Of a DNA stretch of 32,742 nucleotides, positions 9,740 through 21,300 are shown one piece after another. The notes beneath the pieces were generated by a model. It was not told where the DNA came from. It did no database searches and saw nothing but the letters and a program-made list of their open reading frames with translations. Position 1 is the first letter of the stretch; every line of letters starts with the position of its first letter. The stretch is from assembly GCA_013115125.1 (NCBI GenBank), contig JABANN010000399.1, positions 1 through 32,742 on the forward strand. The letters run 5' to 3'. A program made the position numbers and the translations under genes. Origin of the DNA: Perkinsus olseni (Eukaryota).

Positions 9740-10146
9740 GATCACAACTGCAGCGGATGAGGTATCACATCCAGGCGCTCAGTGAAGTGCGATAGCCCCT
9801 ATTAACTAAGCCAATATCGGAAGGAAATCCAACAAAACGATCCTAGCTGTGAAGCAACCAATCTTGAAGCATGGCAGCGATGAAGGCCAATGACCTCCAT
9901 CGGATGGAGGATGAGATGCAGAGCAACATTGGGTGTTCAACAAGAAGGCGGGACCACCTAGGGCTTGGCCACAGAATTTTCCGATCTAATCTTCTTCCTG
10001 ACAGAACCTGACCAACGACCTAGCCTAGGCAGAACAGTCGGCGCTCTTCGCAAGGTTAGCGACGACCATGATTCTACCATTGCCACTGACGCTGCTGTCG
10101 GAAGCATCAGCGGGGTCTGCAGACAACTGTACGAGGCATCTCAACG

Positions 10147-13004
10147 CTACGGAAACAACGTGGCCAGCTGCATGGTTTGCTTCGTGAAAGGGTGGGTCTC
10201 CGAGGGTTGAGGAGCTGAGAGAATCTCCTGAACGAAAACGGTGAGTGCTGAACCCAGCAAGGGAGAGTCATCATCCTTGCCTTCGAATACATCCCACGTT
10301 GTGAGATCATCCTCCCTGTAAGTCGAGTCGTCAGAAGGGCCTCGGCAATGGAGTGTGTCTAGGGTGTCTGAGTTCGTGTCTTCCTGGAGCATGAACAAGT
10401 TCCTCCTGACAGAGGAATAAATATATTGTCATCATAGCAACACAGGGAGTCGCTTTGAGCATAGTTGGGGCGTGAGGAGCGGCATTGAGCGCCGTGTACC
10501 TCCGAGGGGTGTCTTACAGATGGGCAGCGGAGAACAAAGAAGAGCCAGCGCTTCTCCTATCAGCATCGTCCCTCGGCACGGCAGATGATGATGACGCCGA
10601 GGATGAGCTTCGACGACTAGCTGATTCTTCACGTACACTGTCATCTTGCACGACTAGTTCGCTGAGGCTATCCTTCTTCATCTGCCGCTGATATATCTTC
10701 TCCTCAATGGTGCCTAGCAGCTGGTAGTACCCGCCGGGTACTGGAGAACAATGAGGGGTTGCGCAACTCCACCTGTAGAGAGGAGTCTATATATCCAGCA
10801 TGTCTTGGTTTGACCATCTCTCCATATCCTAGCCATAGCTTGCCTATCATTGGCTGGATTCCAATCCGGGTCGAACATGATAAGCCGGTTCCCGCCTACG
10901 AGGCAGCACAGTAATAGTGATAACAGCCCAGATCTCTACCGAGGACCTATGAGATTCAACCCACAGCCGCCCGCCTTCGATGAAAGTAGGAATACAAAAG
11001 CATCAGCCTTCGGATCATTGAAGGTTGACACTAGAGAGTGCCGTTTTTTCACCTGACCACGTCAGCAGGGCTGCTTCCCCGAGAAGATCCACAGAAGGAG
11101 TGTCTACCCCGATGCTGCCATCGAGACGGATAACCGGCCACCCTTCCTCTTGGCACATCCTCTGCAGCAGATCGATTGTCTGAGTGTAATTGGATATGAC
11201 GACAACCCGGTCAGAGTTGCGTCCGCCAGTGGTCCTCAAGGTTCGGAGGAAATGGTACACCAAGGAGAATTTCGCTGAAGCTGATACTCTGAAGAAGGAG
11301 GGGTATTGCGAATCCTGCGACGCTGACTCAGCCCCTACATCACTTTATCCCCTCTATTCCGTCCCGATTCCTTAGCCGCTCGAGTGAGCTCATCCAGCTC
11401 GGTGAAGACGCTATCCGCTGCTTCAAAGCCCTTCTCGCATCGTTTATCGAACCGTCGAATGAGAGAAGGATGATTACATAACTTGGTCAAGCTTTGTATC
11501 AGAGACAATACGTTCTTGCCAACTTTGCCTCGGCTGGCAGACTTAGCAACAGTCGTCTTGACACAATCACTGCTTATGAATGCTTTGTATAGCTGAGTCT
11601 GGATATCGCTAAGTCGCACAAATGCCACCAGAATATGTTTCGGTGGCAGTACCTAAGACAATGGAATTTAGAGTGTTTATGGACGACACTCACTTTTGCT
11701 AACAGAGCATTGGTTCTGCGGAGGATGAACTTGTTGCTCATATCACTCAGCTCAGCTAACCGTTCATCAGCTAGAGCCTTCTCTTCTGCTGACGCTCCAG
11801 GCTCTCTGCCTCGACTGATTGGGTTAGCGAATCGCTTCCGGAAACTGTTGCGGCCTTTCTCCTCACCCAGACAAGGATTCGCTAAGGTAATCATAGCGAA
11901 GAACTCGTCAAGATCATTCTGTATAGGTGTGCCCGATAGAAGAAGTCTCTTTCGTGTTCGCAGCCCATTGATGCATACAGCTGTTCTCGTACGGTCATTC
12001 TTCAGGCGGTGCGCCTCATCACACACCAGCAATCCAATGGGGCAGTCAGCGAGGAGTTCACAGTGATTTCTGAAAGTCTCATAGGAGGCAATCAGGACTC
12101 GCATCTCTCGATTATACCTAAAGGGAAGTAGATGCGAGGAGGCTTCAAGGTGTTGGGACCCACAGGAATCCAGTGAAGGCACCAATGACTTTCTCACGCT
12201 GACTTTCTGCAACAGCGCAAACCTTGACGCTATCACCGAGCCACTTGCCGAACTCGGCCTCCCAGTTCTTCACCAATGCTGCAGGGCATATCACTAGAGC
12301 TCTGCCAAGTTAGGCTCCGTCACACGATACGATGAGTAACTATACCTTTCTATAGCCGGGCCACGATTCCTGACTGTATTGGCGGTAAGGAGGGTCCAAA
12401 CTAGTGTTACGGATTGTAAGGTCTTCCCTAAACCCATATCGTCCGCTAGTATACAGCCTTCACCATCGAAGTCCTCGATGAGGCCCATTAGACAGTTAAA
12501 TACGAATTGGACGCCTTGCCTGAAATGGTCATCATAGCGAGTATCAACGCGTGTATGTCATCACCTTTGATGATCCCTCAAGACACCCGACAGGCGCGGG
12601 TCAACGACAACTTCATGGCCATTCTCTGCACGCCACAGTACAAGTCGATGCTCATCATTCACAGATTTCTCGATCTGTTTTGAAGACCCATCATCAAGAT
12701 CACTGTCCCCACTCTGAGGCTGCGGTTTGTATCGTAGAATAGATTCAGTCCCATACCGCCGCCTGCATCCTAGGGTCTTCCTCCGCCCAGCAATACTCTG
12801 CTGCGCAGCGATATTTTCCGCAACATCCTCACGCCTTAGGGGGCACTTGAAGGGAGCCTTCAAGACGTCGTACTCAGTACCATCCACAAATAGCATTGGC
12901 ATGATTGGTGCTCGTATGAGTACGATGCTGGTGGACGCCTGACCATCTTCCGGCGACCCAGAATTGCCTTCAGTGACGAAGCCCACTTGGAAGGAACGTC
13001 TCAT
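10147..13004 (-). CDS. RAD54: DNA repair/recombination SNF2-family ATPase RAD54, multi-exon
   Basis: [101 protein letters not shown]. The 3' end is approximate. Confidence 0.93.
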
Positions 13005-13224
13005 TGTGGAGGGTCACACTTAGCTGAGGCGACCCATATTGCATCCCATATTGAGTGATCGATCACTATAACGCAAAGGCCATGATATAGAAATGAAATC
13101 TAGTGAAGATTGACAAAACATAGTTTATAGAACCACTCGTCAGGATCGCATCCCTCTAGGAACCACTATCGGGGCATGTAGTGATTGGATACATGAAAGT
13201 ACTACGCCAAGCAAGGTCAGAACC

Positions 13225-16200
13225 TCAATTGGAAGCTACAGCTGGAGCATCATGGTGACGGGCTCCCTGCGGCCTGAAGACCACATGCGGGACAGTGGTG
13301 AGGAATACGGGAAGACAGCTTACTTTCCTCGTCTCCAGTTATGATACCCCGCACGATAGTTCGAGCGAGTCACGTGGATTTCAGTGGGATCATCGGCCTG
13401 GTCCATGACTGCTCTTTCGAGGAGCATGCGCGACACATTAGCAAGAACCTTGAAGGCCTCTAGCATGAAGCCAAATACAGCGGGAGTAAGCTACATCATG
13501 TATCTCTCCCTTCGCACCCTTATGACCACCCTTACGCCAATTCATATAGTCATCTCTATACATGCCCAAGGCCTTGAGCTCCTGTGAGAAATCTGTAGGA
13601 GAAAAGGCGATGACGGGACCCTCCTCCAGCTGGACTCAGGTAGCTACTACCAGGAAGGTTGGCAACGTCTTCTTTCGTTGGCGGGGGGCGCTCGGAAGGT
13701 GTCGTAGCCATCGACACCAGGGAGGCCGAGGACCACTCTGAAACGGGATTATTACGCTTGCTGCGATACTTGTGAATGTCAAGAGGAGTTGCGACGGCTT
13801 ACCCCCAGCCAATAGACTGCTCAGTCCAGCACGGCTTCTAGACATTCCAAGAGGTAGCTTAGCCGCAACATCCTCTGCAACTTTCCTGTATCCCACACGC
13901 TCCAATGCCCGCGATAAAACACGTCTCCAGTCTTCCCAGTTATCCAAGCGGTACCTTGAAGAATCCTGTGAGCCAACGAAGCCCGCAGGGCCGTGAACAT
14001 ATACCTTCCATCCGGAGGAATATCCGAGTTATACGGAGCAGTGAATAAAACATGTTCCCATGCTGGATACTCCGAGCCCGTAATGTATGGTTTATCATCT
14101 ATCAAGACGTCACCGCGTATCCTAGTCTTATCCGATGTGATGATAAGCCTCTTCAGCCACCTGGTCAGTACGGCTGTTGGGAGGACGTCGCTTATGAATA
14201 GGCTTACTCGTCTCCGAGCCTTTCCTTCACCCATTGAGCCTTCTCCTGATGACAGAAACTGGATGCGAGGATAGGTGAAGTGCACAGAAGGAGCGACACA
14301 CCTATGGATAGGTAGCAAGTTCTAACGCTTCCTGGATCGCCAATACTACCAGGCAGGGCTCCCATCTCACGGATGGCGTCCAAGCTCCCTGGCATTGCAG
14401 GGAGGCTTGCAAAGAATCCCTTAGAACAAAAAAGGTCTGTAGCTTGCTTTTTATATCTACGCCATGAAGAGCTCAGATCGAGCACTGCCTGCCTCCTTTA
14501 CTTTGCCGGAACACATAACTCCATTGCGTAGCTTTTGCTCCTATCAATGTCGCTACGTTGGCCCCAGGCGGCTCCTGAGGAGAGCAATGAAAGCGTGTCC
14601 AGCCTACACGATGTGCGCTACTGAATCCACTGTCCCAGTCCACCACGCAGCCATCCATATCTAGAAGTATGCAGATAGGAGAGAGGGTGCGAGCGATGGA
14701 AGCGTAGCGATCATTCATACCTGCCACCGCACTTCTGAATCTGTTTGCAGACAGAAGCACGGCTAGGCCCCTATCTATGGAGTACAATCGAGGGTTAGGT
14801 GTTCCTTCGCGTGTTCCTCAGCCCTCAACCCCATCTCGGATCTGAGTTGAGGATTATCAGCTACTTCTGCCATTGCCTTGACAAAGCCATCCTCGTCATC
14901 GGGATCGATGATCTAATGGAGGCGTCGACTGAAGAAGCTTGAATCGATTGGCTCCCACTCACATAACCATGCTCTCCGTGGGTTAGCATCTCCGGAATGC
15001 CTGCAATTCCGGTCGTGATGACTGGCAGGCGTCTGAGCATTGCTTCAGGCAAGACCTACAGATAAGGAAAGCCACGATTGGCCCCATAACCACTTAGGAG
15101 GCGAGCTGCTCACTAACGGGGTGACCTCATTGACTGAGGCAAATACTAAAGCATCGGCCGCCCTATAGTATCTAAGAAGGCGAACTAACCATGGAAAATG
15201 AGGTCCGTGCTTTGAGTGTTACGAATCAGGATCACTAGTAACATCATGTAAAGATATTCTTGGATCGTCTGCTATGGCCTCCTCGACCTGTAGCATAGTC
15301 GTATAGTTCAGCTAGGGAGTCTAAGACATGTTGTATTACCTCATTCACGTACTCGATCTCATAGTCTCTAATACGACGGACACCCACGATAACAAGTCGA
15401 ACCTAAGTTATTGAGGTGAGCCGCGACGTCTGGTGTCATACAATCGATGAATGATACCCGACAAAGCACTACATCTGGCCTATCTCCGGCAAACTTCTTA
15501 AATAGCTTGACAACTGTAACTTGGTTTTTTCTCGGGCATACGATTCCCATGCACAGAAAAGTGCATACCACGGATGAATCCTTCGAGGATGGGTATGCTG
15601 CAGATGAGAGTCTTGGATCAGGCACCCCAACATAGCTGAAAAAAAGGGAACGTGAACATGTATTATCCGATACAGCAGAGTAATACACAATTTGTTTCGG
15701 GCACTTTATCGGGTAAACATCGGCTTGTGCTTTACAGACGCAAATGACCATACTACAGACCTGCAATACGCTATAGACTGTGAGTTCCAACGATGAGATC
15801 ATAATCACTTGTAGCGCATGATCCACGGTGGATGCATCCATAAATGTGACCTTACGAGCTGCCAACTCTCGGACCTGCAAGCCCGCGGTACGACCTCATG
15901 AAGCAGAGCAATACTGTTGATCCAGTCATACTACCAGCATATCCCTCGGCCACCACTCGTGTAGAATCCACATGTGGGGTATGCCACGATTGGCAAGATC
16001 TACTACTACATGAGCTGTCATTATTGTGTTACATACCACAAGTCTAACATCTCTAATATAACCTAAGGGCAGGTGTTTCCAGATCGGAGGATATTGAATA
16101 GTTACGAAGTAGGGAATCTAATGAGCCAATCCTAACGGCACAACCAGCTGCCTGAAATAGTTTCTCAAAAGGGCCAGAACTCGGAGAGAGCACCTGAGAA

Positions 16201-16625
16201 ATTACCACCCGGGACAACAGAATGAGGCCACCTCACAATACCATAATATTGCCATTATAAAAACCACCGTTGACCATATTCAGTAACACCTGATTGGCCC
16301 CCGATACAGCAAAGTTCTGCGTGACAATGAGACATGTACCATACATAGCGTTAGACAAGTGCACAAACTGCCAAGGCGCAATTGATACTCTAATCCACTC
16401 GAATACAAGAAGATATTCAGCACTTCTCCTGAGAGCTCTTGAAGGCACAATAATCACGAAGTCCCAGGCCCCTTACCAATAATTTATCAGAAAAGCAACA
16501 AGATCTGTAGTAGACAGAAACCGTTGTAGATTCCGAGCCGACTCTTCCAAGTTTGGAAGAGCGGCACAAGCAATAAAGCTCTACTAAACAACTCTTTACG
16601 AGACTCGCCGAGCGAGAACTGCCAT
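13225..16625 (-). CDS. GT-B (GT4-like) glycosyltransferase fused to an NT5C/NT5M-type 5'(3')-deoxyribonucleotidase HAD domain, multi-exon
   Basis: GT part: SGANQVL, WILHEW, GIVCPRKNQ, ADALVFASVNEVTP, EAMLRRLPVITTGIAGIPE. HAD part: LLDMDGCVVD, GFFASLPAMPGS, CTSP, EKAQWV, DKTRIRGDVLIDDKP, LFTAPYN. The two join in frame via a GT-AG intron at 14721-14785. The start codon is uncertain (16.58-16.70 kb). Confidence 0.8.
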
Positions 16626-16758
16626 CAACAATATGATGACGAAGAAACTAAATTAGTAGTAGCCACCGCAGCCAGCTGATACCCAAGAGGGCAGAGCTAG
16701 CACGTCTGCAGGGGATAGCTATACGCAGTCTCAGAGCAGACGTGATTTTGCATTATAA

Positions 16759-18051
16759 TTAATTACCGAAGGAAAGATCACGGAAAGGATCCTCAGCAGA
16801 GGTATCATTCATAGTGATCTCACCACGGATATTAACACCAAAGTTCGTATTAATGTCGGAAGTCTTCATACCAGCACCCAACATGTAACTGAGCTTCGTT
16901 ACAGCAGCCTCGGGAGTCATATCACCGCCGCTGATGACACCGAGATCGAGAAGCTGAGCTCCAGCGGCATAATCGGCAAGCTCAACGACACCACGAAGAA
17001 CTTGGGATACGGCAACAACTGGCACATCAAGGTTCTGGCACTTGATAAGGAAGTTGGTGAAAGCAGGCTGGTTAGAGGGAGCATCACCAGTACCGTACAA
17101 CATAAGGACGACACCCTTGACAGCCTCAGGCGAGAGAGACTCGAAGCTGGTGAGACCTGGGATGACTCTGATGGGAAGGATGGAAGACTCCATGTTAGAC
17201 TGGACAGCGAAGGGACCAGTGGGAGCAGGAAGCATGAGTTCCTTATCGAATGCAAGACCGACACCCATAGTGGCGAGATAAGGGTACTTGGGGGACTCGA
17301 AGGCCTCGATAGCACCACTATCGATCTTGACAGCACGAGTTCCGCGGATGAGCTCAGTGTCGAAGAAGATGCTAACTTCAGGGACAGTATAGAGACCAGC
17401 GAGCATGATGGAAATGATCATATTCCTTCTGGCATCACTATGGGGCTCATCAAAGGCAAGAATGGAACCAGTGATGATAACACTCTTAGAAAGGTTCGAG
17501 AACATGTAGTCAAGAGCACTGGAGGAGTAGGCCATGGTATCAGTTCCATGGAGAATGACGAAGCCATCATAGTCCGCATAGTGGTCGTCTATAGTCTTCG
17601 TCATTTGTGCCCAGTTAGCAGGGGACATATCGGAACTATCAATGAGGTTCTCATACTCGATCACATCGAAGTCGGGCATACCGGGAGCCTGGAGCTCGGG
17701 AAGGTTATTGAGCTGCTCGGTAAGATATCCGGGGACGGGATGAAGGGTACCGTTAGCGTAGGGCTTCATACCAATAGTACCACCGGTATATATAACGAGA
17801 ACCTTCCCAGGTGCGTGTCTCTCCATAGGACTGTAGACGGGCCTCAGGACCTCATCATCACAGTCGGCACCCTCAGTGGGTTGGAAACAGAAACCCTTCC
17901 CCTTCTGGTAGAAACCATAGCAAGCACCATCCTCCTGGGGATAAGATCCGAACTTGGAGAAATGGCAAGGGGAATAGGAGTCACACAACTCCTGGCACCA
18001 CTCGGCGGAAGCGGCACCAATCAAAGAGAGAGCGAAGAGAGAAAAACGCAT
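16759..18051 (-). CDS. L-asparaginase (type I/AnsA-like) with signal peptide and Cys-rich N-terminal module, intronless
   Basis: YTGGTIGM and HGTDTMAY catalytic-Thr motifs, DSSDM, SDARRN, GDMTPEAAVTKL. Start MRFSLFALSLIGAASA at 18051. Confidence 0.93.
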   Translation of the reverse strand: MRFSLFALSLIGAASAEWCQELCDSYSPCHFSKFGSYPQEDGACYGFYQKGKGFCFQPTEGADCDDEVLRPVYSPMERHAPGKVLVIYTGGTIGMKPYANGTLHPVPGYLTEQLNNLPELQAPGMPDFDVIEYENLIDSSDMSPANWAQMTKTIDDHYADYDGFVILHGTDTMAYSSSALDYMFSNLSKSVIITGSILAFDEPHSDARRNMIISIMLAGLYTVPEVSIFFDTELIRGTRAVKIDSGAIEAFESPKYPYLATMGVGLAFDKELMLPAPTGPFAVQSNMESSILPIRVIPGLTSFESLSPEAVKGVVLMLYGTGDAPSNQPAFTNFLIKCQNLDVPVVAVSQVLRGVVELADYAAGAQLLDLGVISGGDMTPEAAVTKLSYMLGAGMKTSDINTNFGVNIRGEITMNDTSAEDPFRDLSFGN

Positions 18052-18398
18052 CCCGATCGTTATAAATGAATAAACTGAGATCACACAGAATGGATTGTAT
18101 TATCTACGCATAACAGACTGCGCCCATAACAGACTTATTTTCTGTGCTTAATGACAAAATGATCGCGAGATGACGAACACCGCGAAGGGTAAAGGACAAC
18201 AGCCCGCACAGCGAGTCTCTCGAACTTAGCTAAGCTCCTACAGGTCTATCACGCTGTAGGCATTCCTCTGGAGACAATCACACAAAACAAAGGCTCACGG
18301 AACAACAACGCGACCCTCACTCTAAGAAACAGCGCATTCTACTAATGACCAAGATATAAACGTTATTGGCTGTCGTCGGCGTTATCAGCCGGCGTGCC

Positions 18399-21300
18399 TC
18401 AATCCTTCGCTTGTGGCATTGCCTCATCCTCACCGGTACCGTCACACTTCGCAGTTGTCGGCTTATCCATAGCCGTCGTCTCGCTGGATTCAGCCGTTGG
18501 AGCATGTTGGTTGCTTGATTGCTGCCCTTGAGCTACTGCACCCTTAGCCTCTTCGATATCACTAGACTTCGCCGGAGCTGAGGTCTTGTCCAAAGCTGCC
18601 GCTTGAGCATTGACCACACCGTGGATCACCTGGGAAAATACACATACACAGGATAGCACAACCTCCGTGGACGAGGTGACTCAACGGCAATATTACATTC
18701 CACATGTCCTTCACATCAGTGACCAGAGTCGCCTCGGCCGTGTCCTTCAACGAACGAGAAGTTGGGTATCTAAGAGGCGACGAATTAGGCCTAGCAGCAC
18801 TAAGCAGTTGAGCTGCTCACTTCCCATTGTTGTCACGTAGCTGCAGAGAGAGCTTGGTTGGTCTACCATCGGCCAGTAGAAGCTTGAACACTGGTGCCAT
18901 CTCTAGACAGTCTCGGAAGAGTGATAGCCGGCCCAAGATGTACAAGCCGAATCTTGCTCGAGATAGTGCAACAGTCTGGCACAAGAAGGCTTTTACGGTT
19001 CAATACCATACACGTGAGATACTCACCAGCCTTCGGATATCCCTGATGTGCCCCACATGATTGGTACGAACAAGGGACACGATGACATAGTCATTTTGCT
19101 GACCTTGATATCGATCTACCGTGGTAATCTGAGCCCACAATGGTATGACGCATGATCAGGATGAGTGAGGTTTTCGCCTACCGTCTTAGGCTGGCCGAAG
19201 AGAGGGTTCCACGAGCAGCGTGACTTAATGACATCTCGTATGAGATGTTTCTGTCCGTTATATGTCGCTAGGATGGTGATCTTATCAGCCGGATACCTGT
19301 GAAGGTGCGAGTTCACACTGTAGATAGAGCCTCTATCATAGAGGGGTGTTAGAGGTGCAGGGGTAGATTCATTGCGATCCTGGATCGCCGATCCACAACG
19401 AGTGCAGTACCACCCTTACCCCAAGAGTCGCATGTACATGAACATTGCCACGCAGTATTCCGCTTCGCCGAGGTTTTGGTAAAAGTATGGTGAGGGGCTC
19501 GACTCGCCTTGTCCTTCAAAGTCCTGAACGATACAAGGTCATGAGCTAATCTAACACAACCTCTGTTGTCTTGAGTAGAACTGCGCTACGTACCGGAACA
19601 TCGATGAACTGGTAGTCGTATGTTAGGCCGGTATTGGCCGCCTCATTATACTCCTTGCCCGTTCTGGTGTTGGGCAAATCTCCCAGGCCTGGATAACGCC
19701 ATCGATAAAGATTGGCGATGGACGGGCGAGTTCGCCCCTGCATATCTAGGTTAACAGTGGGGCTCTTCAGTCGAACAAACCGAGCGAACAACGATTGATC
19801 CAATCTGCCATATCTGAGGTCGACGAGAATTAGCTAAAATATGCTGCAATGTAGGATGTCCCACCTCTGGAAGGCGCGGTTCTTGACTACAGGTGGCAGC
19901 TGTTGATGATCTCCGATGAGAACCACCCTGAATGATAACAAGAATGGCAACATGTACATAAGCTTGCAGAGTCGGGACCATCGAACGGGCAGCTCACCTC
20001 TTCAGCCTACTGGACTTGCTATCGACACTACTCTTCTTCTGCAGTAGCATTGGGATGAAGGTCTCAATCTCCAAGACCTAAAATTAGTCAACGGATGCAC
20101 AGGCCCCCAGAGCTACTTCAATATGCTTCATTACCTGCCCGGCTTCTTCCATTACAATGTTATCGTACTGGAAGGACAGTTTGAGTAAAGTATCGCGGAC
20201 CTGACGGTGGGATTTGGCTGGTGGTTAGTCTAATGAAGATAGTCATCATCTACTCACCAAAGCAGCATGGGTGCATGTCATAGCCACAATCTTGGCATGG
20301 GTGGTTAAGAGGTATATACCACGATCATGTGAGTTACGTAGTAGCTCGAACGGGTGGGTCTCCTCCAGACGAGCGAACATATCCTCGATGTGCCTAGACA
20401 CAGGACCCCCCCATCATTGTAGCAGGTCGATTAAATGGCACTGCCCTACCGCCAGCATATCGTTGCAAGCTCGAAATCTTTTTGGATGTCATTACTCCAT
20501 TTCCCCTCGATACCGGATGCGAAGTATCTGATAGGGAGCCTACATACAACTCTCTGATGTGCCACCGCTTCCCACCTCTTGAAGGGGAACATTATCTCGG
20601 CCATGGACCGATTCTCGAGGGCGGCCTTATCCGCTTCCTTCCGGCTCTGTTCATCCTTGGATGCATCGTTACCAATCTTGCCAGGCATCGGTGCAGATGT
20701 CATGACCTCGTCCTCCTCAGCCTGAGCAATAAGATGCTGTAGGAGCAAGGCAAGCCTTACAACACGGCACGTGAGGAGCATTCCCTACCCTCTCCCGCTT
20801 CTTCTGTCTAGCGTCGACAATAGCATTCTTGGCCTCCTCCTGCTTCTCACTACTGCTACCCTCCGTCATGTAAGCAGCTACAGCTGCAGAGTACTCCTGC
20901 CAAGCTCTCACGACGTGGAAGCGATAAAACTGAGACACGAGTTGTATACCACTTCACTTTCCACCTATCAGGGAATACCTGCATTGCATTCTCTACGGAG
21001 AAGGCGTTGTCCTCAGGGCTCTGACCCAATTCGACTGCGAGCTTCTTAACCTCTGGAAGCAGACAACATAGCCACCACCAACAGTCCAGGGCTTGAGGAC
21101 TAAGCTACCTTCAAGTAAGTCTAATCTCATCTGCAACATGTATGAAACTCTCCCCATCTTCGAATAGTCTTCGTCGAGCTCCAGAAGCTCCTGACCTGAA
21201 GGAGTTCACTTCGATCCCATGAGCGCACGGAGGTGGAGGCTTGTTCCTAAACATGGCAAACACTGCCCTGTCATTACCTCTTCCAAGTCGTAGAAGCCTG

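Noticed and set aside
13580-13805. Apparent non-canonical splice sites in the linker after the HAD domain
   Set aside because: At least one fully canonical GT-AG solution keeps the frame open; cannot be resolved without cDNA.
17002-18069. 355-aa plus-strand ORF
   Set aside because: Antisense shadow of the codon-biased asparaginase gene; non-ATG start.
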